From the NCBI RefSeq assembly GCF_963921235.1, contig NC_086097.1:68512001-68576000 (forward strand): a DNA stretch of 64,000 nt, written 5' to 3'. The notes under the pieces are model-generated. The model had not been told where the DNA came from. It made no database searches and saw nothing but the letters and a program-made list of their open reading frames with translations. Within the stretch, counting starts at the first letter, position 1, and each line of letters opens with the position of its first letter. The stretch comes from Mobula hypostoma (taxonomy: Eukaryota). The translations under genes were made by a program, and so were the position numbers. Shown piece by piece: positions 52,897 to 64,000 of the stretch.

Positions 52897-53785
52897 TATT
52901 ACTCTGTCTCATCTCAATGGACTCCAGTGAATTTCAATATGGAACCCACATTCACTATTGCTAGCAACACACACAAAATACTGGAGGAGCTCAGCAGTTA
53001 ACGTATTCCCATATTCCCTCTATCAATTTTTTGGTTCTTCATTGGGGCTTCCCAAAACGTTTTCAATCTTCAAGTTTACTCCATTTCTTGGCAATATAAG
53101 AAGTGTCTTATTTTAATTTAATACTACCGTTACACTCTTCAGCTAGTGATAGGTAGGTCTTCTAGAATTTTTATTTGTCAACAGAAGCTATATTATTTGA
53201 GAATTTTTAGATGTTTCTTTAAATGCTAGTTTTTTAAAATATCTATCATTTAAATCTATTTTGAAATTTTACTTTAGTCAATGTACCTCTCATTTCCAGA
53301 TAATTGACTTTATATGTTCATTTCTCCAGTTTCCAACTGTGATCCCAAACAAATGCATAGTATGTTCATTTTTCTCCACAATCCCTTAGAGTGAGATTAC
53401 TAATTAATCCTTTCTCATTACATAAAATAAGGTCCAAAAAGTCTATTCCCAAGCTGATTCCATGACATACTTTTCCAGATATGCGTCCCAAATTTTATAA
53501 ACTCATCCTCTGAACTGTTTGATTTCCCCAGTTGATATAAAGATTAGTGTCCTGGCAATTAGTTTATCTGTGTTACAAGTTTTTCTTACTTTATTAATTT
53601 CCTGTCCAATTGTGTTGTTGCTATTAGAGAACCTGTTAACTACTCACATAGTACTAATTCTACTCTTCAGAGCCCTGTCACTTCTTATTATCAGAATCCT
53701 GTATCTATTATTTTACCATTTTGATTATTCTTTCAAAACATGAAAAATATTTAATATTTAATTCCAAAACTTGGTCATCTTAGAA

Positions 53786-53865
53786 GAGGAGTTCCCAACT
53801 ATTTTTATGCCATGGGCCCCTACCATTAACTGAGGGATCTGTGGACCCCAGGTTGGGGACTCCTG
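53786..53865. mobile_element. 80-bp hAT MITE
   Basis: TIRs GAGGAGTTCCCAAC and GTTGGGGACTCCTG; 8-bp TSD TCTTAGAA/GCTTAGAA. Confidence 0.75.
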
Positions 53866-54344
53866 GCTTAGAACCACATTCACATAATAACTAGCGCTCA
53901 AATCCATGTTATTTTTTTTGTATTTCAGTTCTTCTACTTTGTTATAAACGCTCCATGCGACCTTTCAGAGCAAATGTATCTCTTCCCCTGTTGTCACTGT
54001 ACAATCAACCACCACGCAACACTGCTACAACAGAAAAGAAAAAAAAATCATCACCCTGAGATTCTGTATTTTAACTTTCCCCCTTGTTCCTCAATGTTTT
54101 GAGCATAACTTCAACTTTATTCCAATTTTATCTATGTTGTTGCTTCTCACATGAGCTACATCTGGATTCTCCACTTGTATGTACTTCTCAGCTCCAAGAT
54201 GATGTCCTTAAACCTGGTACTGGGTATGTATTTCTTGGCTGCAGGAAACAGCCTCCTGACTACATATTCCCCAACTATGTTCTATTTCACTTTCCCAGTA
54301 CTGAACCACAAATCCATAATCAGATTATCTATTCTCCTCATATA

Positions 54345-57300
54345 TTTAGTTATAGAGTAACACAACACAGCAAAAGTAGCTTTGACCCAGATTGTTCAAG
54401 CCGATCAATCTGCCCAAATACTCTGGGTTCATTTGCCCACATTTGGCTCATATTCCTCTAAAACCTTTCCTACGCATTTGCCTGTCAAAATGTCTTTTAA
54501 ATGTTGTTACTGTACATGCTTTAACTATTTTCTCTGGCAGTTCTTTCACATACGCACCAACCTTTTGATGAAGGAGTTGCCTCTCAGCTCCCTTTTAAAT
54601 CTTTCCCCTCTCACTTTAAACCTATGCCCTCTTGCTTTTGGTTCCCTTTCCCTGGGACAAAAACTGCATGAATTCACCCTTTCTATGCCCCTCATAATTT
54701 TAGTCACCCTACAAAGTAAACCCTCAATCTCCCATGTTCTAAGGAATAAAGACTTAGCCTGCCTTATCTCTCCCTATAGATTAGCCCTCAAGTCCCAAAA
54801 CAGTTTATAAATCTTCTTTGCACTCTTCCCAGTTTAATGATGTATTTTCTATAACAAGATGACCAAAGTTGTCCATAATGATCCAAATGCAGCCTACCAG
54901 CATCTTGTACAAATGCAACATAATAATCCAACATTTATACTCAATGCTCTGCCTAATGAAGACCAGCATTCCAAACACCTTCATCATCATCTGTGACACC
55001 ACTCTAAGTGAATTATGTTACTTGGATACCTAGTGTCCCTAACACTCCCCAGGGCCCTTCCATTCACTGTACAATTTCTACCTTGCTCTGGCTTCCCAAA
55101 TTACAAGACTTCACACTTCTAAAAGGAAGCCATTTCCTTATTTTCAGCCCACTTACTAAGCTGATCAAGAACATCCTGTAACCATTAATTACTTTCTTCA
55201 CTGTCTACAATACCACCTACTTTAGTATTACCTTCAAACTTACCTTGCCCTCTTCATTGTCAACCAAATCGCTTATATAAGTAATTAACAACAAAGATTT
55301 AGAACCAACTCCTATGGCATACTATTAGTCACAGGTCTCCAATACAAGAAGCAACTTCTTATCATCACTCTGCTTCCTACTATTGAGCCAATTATGAATC
55401 CATTTAGCTAGTTCTCTCTCAAATCCAGACAAGCCTTCCACGTGAGACTTTGTCAAGCGACTTGTGTCCACGGCACATCATCAATGGTCCTCTCGGTATC
55501 CTTTACAAAAAAATTCTTAATAGATTTGTTAGACACAAGTTCCCATTCACTAAATTGTACTAGGTATGGTGTGTATAAAAAGTTTTCACCTCCCCCCCGC
55601 GAAGGTTTTAATGTTTTATTATTTTACAACATTGAATTACAGAGGATTTAATTTGGCTGTTTTGACTCGCATCATCAGAAATAAAACTTCTGTGTCAAAG
55701 TGAAACCAGATCTCTAAAATGTGATCTAAATTCATTACAAATATAAAACATAAAATAATTGACTGCATTAGTATTCACCCACTTCAAGTCAGTATTTAGT
55801 AGATGCACCTTTGGCAGCAATTACAGGTTTGAGTCTGTGTGGATAGGTCTCTGTCAACTTTGCACATCTAGGCACTGCAATTTTCCCCCATTCTTCTTAC
55901 AAAACTGCTCAAGCTCTGTCAGATTGCATCGGGATCATGAGTGAACAGCCCTTTTCAAGTCCTGCCACAAATGCTCAATTGGATTGAGATCTGGACTCTG
56001 ACTTGGCCATTCCAGGACATTAACTTTGTTGTTTTGAAGCCATTCCTGTGTAGTTTTCACTTGATGCTTGGGGAGATTATCTTACTGGAAAACAGATCTT
56101 CTCCCAAGTCGTAGTTCTCTTGAAGACAGCATCAGGTTTTTCTCCAGATTCCCTGTATTTTGCTGCATTCATTTTACCCTCTATCTTCACAAGCCTTCCA
56201 AGGCATGCTGCAGTGAAGCATAACCACAGCATGATACAGCCACCACCATGCTTCATAGGAGAGATGGTGTGTTTCTGATGATGTACATTGTTTGGCTTAC
56301 ACCAAACATAGCGTTTAGTCTGATGGCAAAAAAGCTCAATTTTGGTTTCATCAGACCATAGAACGGTCTTCCAGCTGATTTCAGAGTCTCCTACGTGCCT
56401 TCTGGCAAAGTCTAGCCAAGATTTCATTTGATCCTTTTTCAACAGTAGCTCCCTCTTTGCCATTCACCCCATAAAGCTGTGACTGGTATAGCTACCGGGC
56501 AACAGTTGTGAAAGTGCACAGTCTCCCCTATCTCAGCCACTGAAGCTTGTAACACCTCTAGAGTTGTCATATGTCCCTTGGTGGCCTCCCTTCTTGCACA
56601 GTCACTCAGTTTTTGAAGATGGCCTGCTCTAGGCAGATTTACAATTGTACCATATTCTATCCATTTCTTGATGATTGACTTAACTGTACTCCAAGGAATA
56701 TTAAGTGACATGTAAATTTTCTTCTAGCCATCTCCTGACTGTGTTTTTTAATAACTTTTTCGCAGAGTTGATTGGAATGTTCTTTTGTCTTCAATGTGTA
56801 GGTCTTGCCAGGATAATGAGTCACCAGCAGTTGGACCTTCCAAATACAGGTGTGTTTTTACTACAGTCAATTGAAACACCTTGTCTGCACTCAGGTCTCC
56901 AAAAACAGATCTCCATGCAACTAATTATGTGACTTTTAAAACCAACTGGCTGCACCAGTGATGATTCGGCATGTCATAATAAAGGGGGTGAATACTTACT
57001 GCAATCAATTATTTTGTGTTTGATATTTGTAATTAATTTAGACACTTTGTAGACATCTGTTTTCGCTTTGACACGAGTCGTTTTCTGTTGATCAGTGTCA
57101 AAAAAGCCAAATTAAATCCACTGTGATTCAATGTTGTAAAACAATAAAACATGACAACTTCAGAGAGGGGAGGGGGTGAATACTTTTTATGGGCACTGTA
57201 TCTCTAATCAGACTTTGTCTATCCCATTGCTGGCATATTCCATCCCTCAGAAATCCTCCAGTACCTTATCTATCACTGATGGTAGACTCTCTGGCCTATA

Positions 57301-57420
57301 ATTTCTTGGTTTACCTCTGTTCCCCTTCCAAAATAATGGTACAACATTAGCCACCCCTCATTCTACCAGAACATAACCCATGGCTAAAGATGAAGCAAAT
57401 ACATCTATAAAGCCCTTCAT
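54345..57420 (-). mobile_element. Decayed CR1 LINE interrupted by Tc1
   Basis: CR1 3' UTR and C-terminus at 54345-55560; continues at 57201-57420 (CTGGCCTATAATTT encodes NYRP on the minus strand). Confidence 0.75.
55567..57198 (-). mobile_element. Full-length defective Tc1 transposon (IR/DR type), 1632 bp
   Basis: TA at both ends; about 230-bp TIRs with internal TATTCACCC direct repeats; transposase remnants SLNIPWSTVKSIIKKW (paired-like HTH), VLWSDETKIELF, KHGGGCIMLW and [13 protein letters not shown], with frameshifts and stops. Confidence 0.93.
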
Positions 57421-57429
57421 AAATGTTTG

Positions 57430-60400
57430 AACTACGGCCAATCAGTGAATAAGAGCAAGAGAAGAAGAGACGACTTCACACAGGGGCACAATTGAAGATT
57501 AAGAAAGTAGCGCCTCACAGCAGTTTTCGGATCAGTGGCCAATCAGTGAACGGGATACATTAGCAAGAATGATTAAAAATAATACGGGCAAGTGGAGCAG
57601 CCACTGATGGAAAGGGTCAGTGTTACAGTGCGGAGGCTTTGGCTTTGGCTCATCAGGCTGAGGTGAGATTAGCCTTGGGTGAACTAAATACCTCCTTCTC
57701 CTTCTTCTTCCTCTTTATTCTTCATTCCTTGTCTGTTAGGGCATAGTTAGAGCAATGAGAATGATTCCAGGGCAGTCCGATCTGTTTTATCCAAGATATG
57801 GGAATTCTGGAAGACCTACAACCTCCCAAAAAACACATCTGCACTAGCTGCAGTGCCTCAGCAAACATGTTAAGCAACTAGAGCTCCAGATCAATGATAT
57901 TCGGCTCATGCGGTAGACTGAGGAAATGATAGATAGGAGCTAGAGGGAAGTAGTCACCCCAAGGTGGCAGGAGGTAAGTAACTGCATGCTTGTCAGGAGA
58001 AGGAAGGGAAGTGGGCAGCCAGTACAGAGTACCGCTGTGGCTATTCCCCTCAATAATACGTACAGTGTTTTGAACACTGTTGAGGGGGATTGTCCTACTG
58101 GGACAAGCCACAGCGACCAGATCTCTGGCACTGAGTCTGGGTCTGAGGCTCAGAAGAGAAGAGAGCTGAAAAGTACAGCAGTAGTGATAGGAGATTCCAT
58201 ACTTAGACGAATAGACATGATGCTGTGGACATGATAGAGACACCCGGATGACATGTTGCCTCCCAGGTACCAATGTCAGGGATGTCCTGGATTGGGTCCA
58301 CATCAGTCTAAAGGGGGAGAGTGAGCAGACAGAAGTCTTGGTCCATGTTGGCACCAATGACATAGGTAGTAAAGGCGGTATATGTGTGGCTAAGAAAATG
58401 GGTCGGGGGCAAGGGTTCAGATTATCTGGATCACTGGCATCTCTTCTGGGGAAGGTACAATGTATACAAAAGGGACAGATTACACCTGAACCTGAGGGGG
58501 ACCAATACCCTTGCAGGCAGGTTTGCAAGAGCTGTTTGGGAGAATCTGTGGATGTTGTTTGTTTGGATGTTCAGGTCTTTGACAAGGTGCCCCACATGAG
58601 GTTGCTTAACAAGTTAGGAGCCCATGGTATTACAGAACAGATATCAGCATGGATAGAGCATGGGCTGATTGGCAGCAGGAAAAAAGTGGGAATAAAAGGA
58701 GACTTTTCAGCTTAGCTGCCAGTGACCAGTGGTGTTCCACAGAGGTCTGTGTTGGGACTGCTTCTTTTTATGTTATATGTCAATGATTTGGATAAGGGGA
58801 ACTGATGGCTTTGTGGACAATTTGAAGATAGGTGGCATTGGAAAAGCAGGGTGGCTGCAGAAATACAGAATAAGAGAATGGGAAAAGAAGTGGCAGAAGG
58901 AACACAGAGTTGGGAAGTGCATGGTCATGCACTTTGGTAGAAGAAATAAAAGACCATAGGATGTAGGAGCAGAATTAGGCCCTTTGGCCAATCAAGTCTG
59001 CTCCTCCATTCAATCATGGCTGATCCATTTTCCCATTCTTCTGCCCTCTCCCCATGTTGCTTCATACCCTGACTAATCAAGAATCTATCAATCTCTGCCT
59101 TAAATATAGCCAATGATTTTGCTTCAACAGCTGCCCATGGCAACAAACTTCACAAATTCACCACTCTATATCCTCTCCACATCCACTCTATTGAGGTCAT
59201 TCAACATTCGATAGGTTTCAATGAGGTCACCCCTCATTCTTCTGAATTCCAGTGAGTAGAACCTCAGAGCTATCAAACGCACCTCATATGACAAGCCTTT
59301 CAATCTTGGAATCATTCTCGTGAGCCTCCTTTGAACCCTCTACAACACCAATGCATCCTTTCTTAGACAAGGGGCCCAAAACTGCTCACAATACTGCAAG
59401 TGAGGCTTCGCCAGTGCCTTATAAAGCCTCAACATTACACCCTTGCTTTTATATTCTAGTCCTCTCGAAATGAATGCTAACATCACATTTGTCTTCCTCA
59501 CCATCGACTCAACATGCAATTTAACCTTTAGGGAATCCTGCACGAGGACTCCCAAGTCCCTTTGCACCTTTGATTTTTGAATTTCCCCTTCATTTAGAAA
59601 ATTATCGACCCTTTTATTTCTTCTACCAAAGTGCAAGGCCATATACTTCTGGACACTGTATTCCATCTGGCACTTCTTAGCCCATTCTACTAACCTGTCT
59701 AAGTCTTTCTATAGCCGCTCTATTTCCTCAAATCTACCTGCCCCTCCACCTATTCTATTGTATCATCTGCAAACTTTGCAACAAAGCCATCAATTCCATC
59801 ATCCAAATCATTGACACATAACTTAAAAATAATTGGTCCCAACACAGACCCTTGTGGAACACCACTAGTCACCAGCAGCCAACCAGAAATTCCCATTCTT
59901 TGCCTCCTACAAATCAGCCAGTGTTTTATCCATGCTAGCATCTTTCCTGTAATACCAGGTGCTCTTAACTTGTTATGCAGCATCATGCATGGCACCTTGT
60001 CAAAGGCCTTCTGAAAATCCAAATACAGTACTTATTCAGGCATACACTATTTTCTAACTGGAGAGGAAATTCAAAAATCCAAGATGCAAAGGGATTTGGG
60101 AGTCCTCATTCAGCATTCCCTAAAGATTAATTTGCAGGTTGAGTCAGTGGTGAGGAAGGTAAGTGCAACAATAGTATTCATTTCAAGAGGACTAAAATAT
60201 ACAAGCAGGGATGTAATGTTGAGGCTTTATATGGCACTGGTAAGGCCTCACTGGGAGTATTGTGAGCACTTTTAGGCCCCTTACCTAAGAAAGGATGAGC
60301 TGACATTGGAGAGGGTTCAGAGTAGTTTCACGAGAATGTTAGGGCACCATATGAGTACCAGTTGATAGCTCTGGGTCTATACTCACTGGAATTCAAAAGA

Positions 60401-60790
60401 ATAAGGGGGGAATCTCACTGAAACCTAACCAATGTTGAAAGGCCTCGAATGAGTGGATGTGGAGAGGATGTTTCTTATGGTGGGGGAGTTGAGGACCAGA
60501 GGGCACAGCCTCACAATAGAGGGATGTCCTTTTTGAATGAAGGGATTTCTTCAGCCAGAGAGTGGTGAATCTGTGGAATTCGTTGCCACAGCCAGCTATG
60601 GAGGCCAAGTCACGGTGTGTATTTAAGGCAGAGGTTAATGGATTCCTGATTAGTCAGGGCAGGAAGGGTTATGGAGAGAAGGCAAGAAATTGAGGCTGAG
60701 AGGGAAATGGATCAGCAATGATGACATAGCGGAACAGAGTTGATGGGCCAAATGACCTTATTCTGACCTATATTTTATGGTCTTATAATT
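57430..60790 (+). mobile_element. CR1 LINE retaining 5' UTR and ORF1 esterase, internally deleted, split by an antisense CR1
   Basis: SGNH/GDSL motifs VIGDSIL, CLPGT, VHVGTND and DRLHLN join directly to RT (VDVVCLD..FDKVPH) at about 58545. The 3' part resumes at about 60035-60790. Confidence 0.85.
58952..60030 (-). mobile_element. CR1 RT to 3' end, nested antisense
   Basis: ORFs 59750..60022 (DFQKAFDKVP...SGVPQGSVLGP...KFADDT) and 59340..59666. Confidence 0.92.
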
Positions 60791-61449
60791 TTTCCCCAGT
60801 TTGTAGAAAGTCGAAGAATGCACTTTGTCAGGCCTGGGAATATGTTATGTTTATCCTTATCTTGTACTTATCTTGCTGCTGCAAAAAGCTAACTTTCATG
60901 GAATTTATACTCCCTGAATGTACGCATACAACAACAATAAGGGCAAAATTTGTAAGTATGGGACAGTAGAATGAAGCAGGAACCTTTCTCCTTAATCCAG
61001 GAAGGGATATGAAAGACCTTGTTGTCAGGGAGAAAGGTGGGAAAAGAGAGGAAGAGGCACTGAATCAAGGTTCAGGGTCAGTAAAGATATAGGTGTCAGG
61101 GGTTTTAGAGTCATCCATTATCTGGTATTGTCTACAATTCAGAAAATATGTCCATACATCCACACAATCACTCAGTACAGTATCTATAGCTCCTCAGTAT
61201 TGAGGTAGATGCAAATGACTCTGGAGATGCTGCTGAGGTGGAGACGAATGATTCTGATTTAATTTAAAACTTTTAAAAAAGCACACCAAGCAAGGATTCA
61301 ACTGCTGCTTTGTTATTCTTTTCTAAAATATCTTCGTAGCACAAATATTCTTATTGACACCACCACAAGCCAGGCTATACCTTGTGCAGTTGCAAAGTCG
61401 CTAATGCTTTTTTCTATCTTAATTATTAAACCACTTTTGCAAGATGGTA

Positions 61450-61521
61450 GTGTGTATGTATGTGTGAGTATATACGTGTGTACGTGTATGTATGTGTGTG
61501 AGTATATATGTGTATGTATAT
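61450..61521 (+). repeat. Degenerate (TG)n/(TATG)n microsatellite
   Basis: Read directly from the sequence. Confidence 0.8.
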
Positions 61522-61629
61522 AATGAGCTCAAGAATGTGCACTTTGTCCTTTATGATTACATTCTGTGTTTCTATTTCTACAATGGTACAGACCATCGAA
61601 CAACTAAAACCAAAGCTTTGACAATTTTA

Positions 61630-63160
61630 AACACCCAAGAGATTCTGCAGATGCTGGAATTCTGGAACAACATACATAAAATGCTGGAAGAACTCAGTAA
61701 GTCAGGCAGCATCTATGGTAGGGTGGGAGAGGGGTGAGAGGGAGTGGGGAGGGAAAGGAATAGGGGAACTGGGGAAGGAGAGATGCGGTGGAGATGGGGA
61801 GGGAGAGAGAGAGGGAGGAGAGAAATAGAAGTGGAGGGAGGGGAGAGAGGGTGAGAAGGGGAAGGAGAAGAGCGTGAGTGTAAGGATGAGGGGAAAGTGG
61901 TGGGTGGGGAGGTGGGGGGGAAGGGAAAGGGGAGAGGGGAAGCAGGGAGAGGAAGGAGCAGGGGGAGGGGGGAAGAGGGGAGGAAGAAAGGGGAGAAGGG
62001 GAAAGGGGAGGGGAAAGGGAAGAGGGAAAGGGGAGGGGAAAGGGAAGAGGGAAAGAGGTGGGGAAAAGGGAAGAGGGGAATGTAAGGGGGAGGGATAAGT
62101 GGAGAGGGGAGAGGGGGAGAGGGGAGGGGAGGGGGAAGAGGAAAGATTGGAAGAGAGAAAGAGGGAGGGAGAAAGAGAGAGAGGGAGAGAGAGAGGGAGA
62201 GGGAGGGAGGGAGAGAGGGAGAGGGAGGGAGAGAGGGAGAGGGAGGGGAGGGAGAGAGGGGGAGGGAGCAAGGGGGAGGGAGCGAGGGGGAGGGAGGGAA
62301 GGAGAGAGAGGAGGAGGGAGGGAGAGAGAGGGAGGGAAAGAGGAGTCAGAGAGACGAGAGAGTATGTAAGAGTAGGAGGGAAAAAATGGAGTGTGTGACA
62401 GTGCAAGGGAGAGCGAGAGGCAGTAAGAGTGAGAGGGTGTGAAAGAGAGAGTGTGAGAGAGAAGGTGAGGGAGTGAGAAAGAGAGTAACAGAGTATGAAA
62501 GTGAGTGTGAAAGTGGGAAAAAGAGAATGAGGATGAGAAACAGGAGAATGAGGGAGAGAGGGAGAGTGGTGAGGGTCAGAAAGAGAGGGTGGGGGAGAGA
62601 GAGAGAGAGTGCGCAAGAGAGAAAGAAAATATATGAACCCGGGGGTGGCGGGGCAAAATGGAATCAAGGTACAAGTCCAGTATGGTAGGGGCACGTGGGA
62701 ACAATGGGCCTACTGGGGTAGCTTAGTTTGTGAATCTTGGGTGAGTTGATATGAGCAACATGGGGGTTGGGGAACAACAAGGTCTGGAGGTGTTGAGGTC
62801 AGTGATAGTACTAAAGACCTGGTGTTTCTTAATGGGGTCCTGGGTTCAGGGGTAAGAGGAAGTGTTCAAGAGATGCCATTCTGGCCACTGCAGGGTAGAA
62901 GTCAATCTGCCAGACTACAAAACCACTGCCCTTGTCTGTGGATTTGGTGATGAGATTGGGATTGTTGTGGAGAGAGTGGAAGGCAGTGCATTCAGAGGGA
63001 GTGAGGATGGAATAGGTGAGGGGAATGGCAAAGTCAAGATGATTAATGTCCCATTCTAGAGTGAACAGAAGGCCAGAGCAGGGTGTCCCAAGAGGAGGAT
63101 GGCTTAAGGCGAGAGAAGGGTCATTAGAGAGGATGGGGAATCCTTGCCAAAGTAGACGCA
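61630..63160 (-). mobile_element. PLE remnants flanking a purine tract
   Basis: pLTR end at 61630-61717. About 62880-63010 translates LTPSECTAFHSLHNNPNLITKSTDKGSGFVVW, matching the PLE IKPADKG.AVVVW motif. Confidence 0.72.
61718..62640 (+). repeat. About 0.9-kb G/A-rich low-complexity tract
   Basis: Almost entirely purines on the + strand (GGGA, GAGA and GGGGA units). Confidence 0.95.
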
Positions 63161-63274
63161 GAGGTGACAGAGGTAGAACTCAGTGTCAAAGAACGTAGAA
63201 CAGTACAGCATAGGAACAAGCCTTTCCATTCACAATGTTGATTCAAATTAAATATATTAGTAATCAAATCCATC

Positions 63275-64000
63275 TGAACAATGACGTCAGACCAATTGCC
63301 CTCAAATCTCATGTGATGAAGGTGCTGGAGAGGCTGGTCCTAACTTACCTTGGATCGCAGGTGAGATCTTCATTGGACCCTCTACAGTTTGCCCACCAAC
63401 CTCATGTGGGAGTGGATGATACCATCATCTACCTTGCAGAGAGCTTACTCCCACTTGGATGATACTGGTGGCATTGTGAGAATCACATTTTTTGATTTCT
63501 CCAGTTCCTTCAATACAATGCAGCCACTTCTTCTGAGCGAAAAGCTGCAAAAGATGGGCATAGACAAATCCACTATCTCCTGGATTACTGACTACCTGAC
63601 AGATAGACGGTAGTTGTCTGTCTGAGATGGTGGTCAGTGGCACTGGAGCATCACAAAGGATGATTCTGTCTCCATTTCAGTTCACACTGTAAACCTCAGG
63701 CTTTCAGTACAAATCTGAGTTTTTCATTTGCATAAGTTCTCTAATGACTCTGCGGTGGTTGGGTGTATCAGAGATGGGCAGGAGTCGGGGTACAGAGGAC
63801 TGGTGGACAAGCTTATGGAGTGGTGCGGAAAGAATCACCTGCTCATGAATGTGGCCAATACCAGGGAGATGGTGATTGATTTTAGGAGAAAGAGGACTGT
63901 GACGAGTCCAATATACATTCTGGGAGAAAAAAGTTGTGGTGGAGGAGGAGTACAAATACTTGGGTGTTCACCTCAACAACAGACTTGACTGGAAAACCAA
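63275..64000 (+). mobile_element. Rex1/Babar LINE RT fragment, runs off the window
   Basis: NDVRPIALKSHVMKVLERLVL, LDPLQFAHQP, RITFFDFSSSFNTMQP, HKFSNDSAVVG and TREMVIDFRR. Confidence 0.9.

Noticed and set aside
57878..58528. 216-aa minus-strand ORF
   Set aside because: Antisense shadow of the CR1 ORF1 remnant.
61702..62694. 330-aa Pro/Leu/Ser-rich ORF and overlapping Gly/Arg/Glu ORFs
   Set aside because: Artefact of a low-complexity purine tract that lacks stop codons.
1..64000. CRISPR arrays, operons, prokaryotic defence systems, rRNA
   Set aside because: No regularly spaced repeat-spacer array, no gene-dense organisation and no rRNA similarity; the sequence is vertebrate-type repeat-rich DNA.

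Overview
Eukaryotic, AT-rich, CpG-depleted and transposon-dense DNA. The repeat set (CR1 and Rex1/Babar LINEs, Penelope-like elements, V-SINEs) points to a vertebrate, most plausibly a cartilaginous fish such as a ray or skate; this is inference from repeat content only. No host protein-coding exon could be recognised, so the window is probably intergenic or deep intronic. Nearly all informative ORFs are decayed transposon fragments. Contents: many CR1 and Rex1/Babar pieces, often nested; about 9 Penelope-like (PLE) pieces, several carrying minimal hammerhead-ribozyme motifs; an R4/Dong LINE fragment; a probable Vingi relic; tRNA-derived SINEs; an RTE-derived non-autonomous element; a full-length defective Tc1; hAT and Tigger-like MITEs; a solo LTR; and an endogenous retrovirus fragment (env, PPT, 3' LTR) whose env motifs are missed by the ORF track. 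Best leads: (i) a young 208-bp hairpin at 52689-52896, flanked by a 15-bp target-site duplication (TSD) and carrying an intact hammerhead core; (ii) the ERV env fragment bracketed by an anomalous 64-bp direct repeat. I see no convincing evidence of a wholly new biological system. Family assignments rest on motifs recognised by eye, and boundaries of old copies are approximate.
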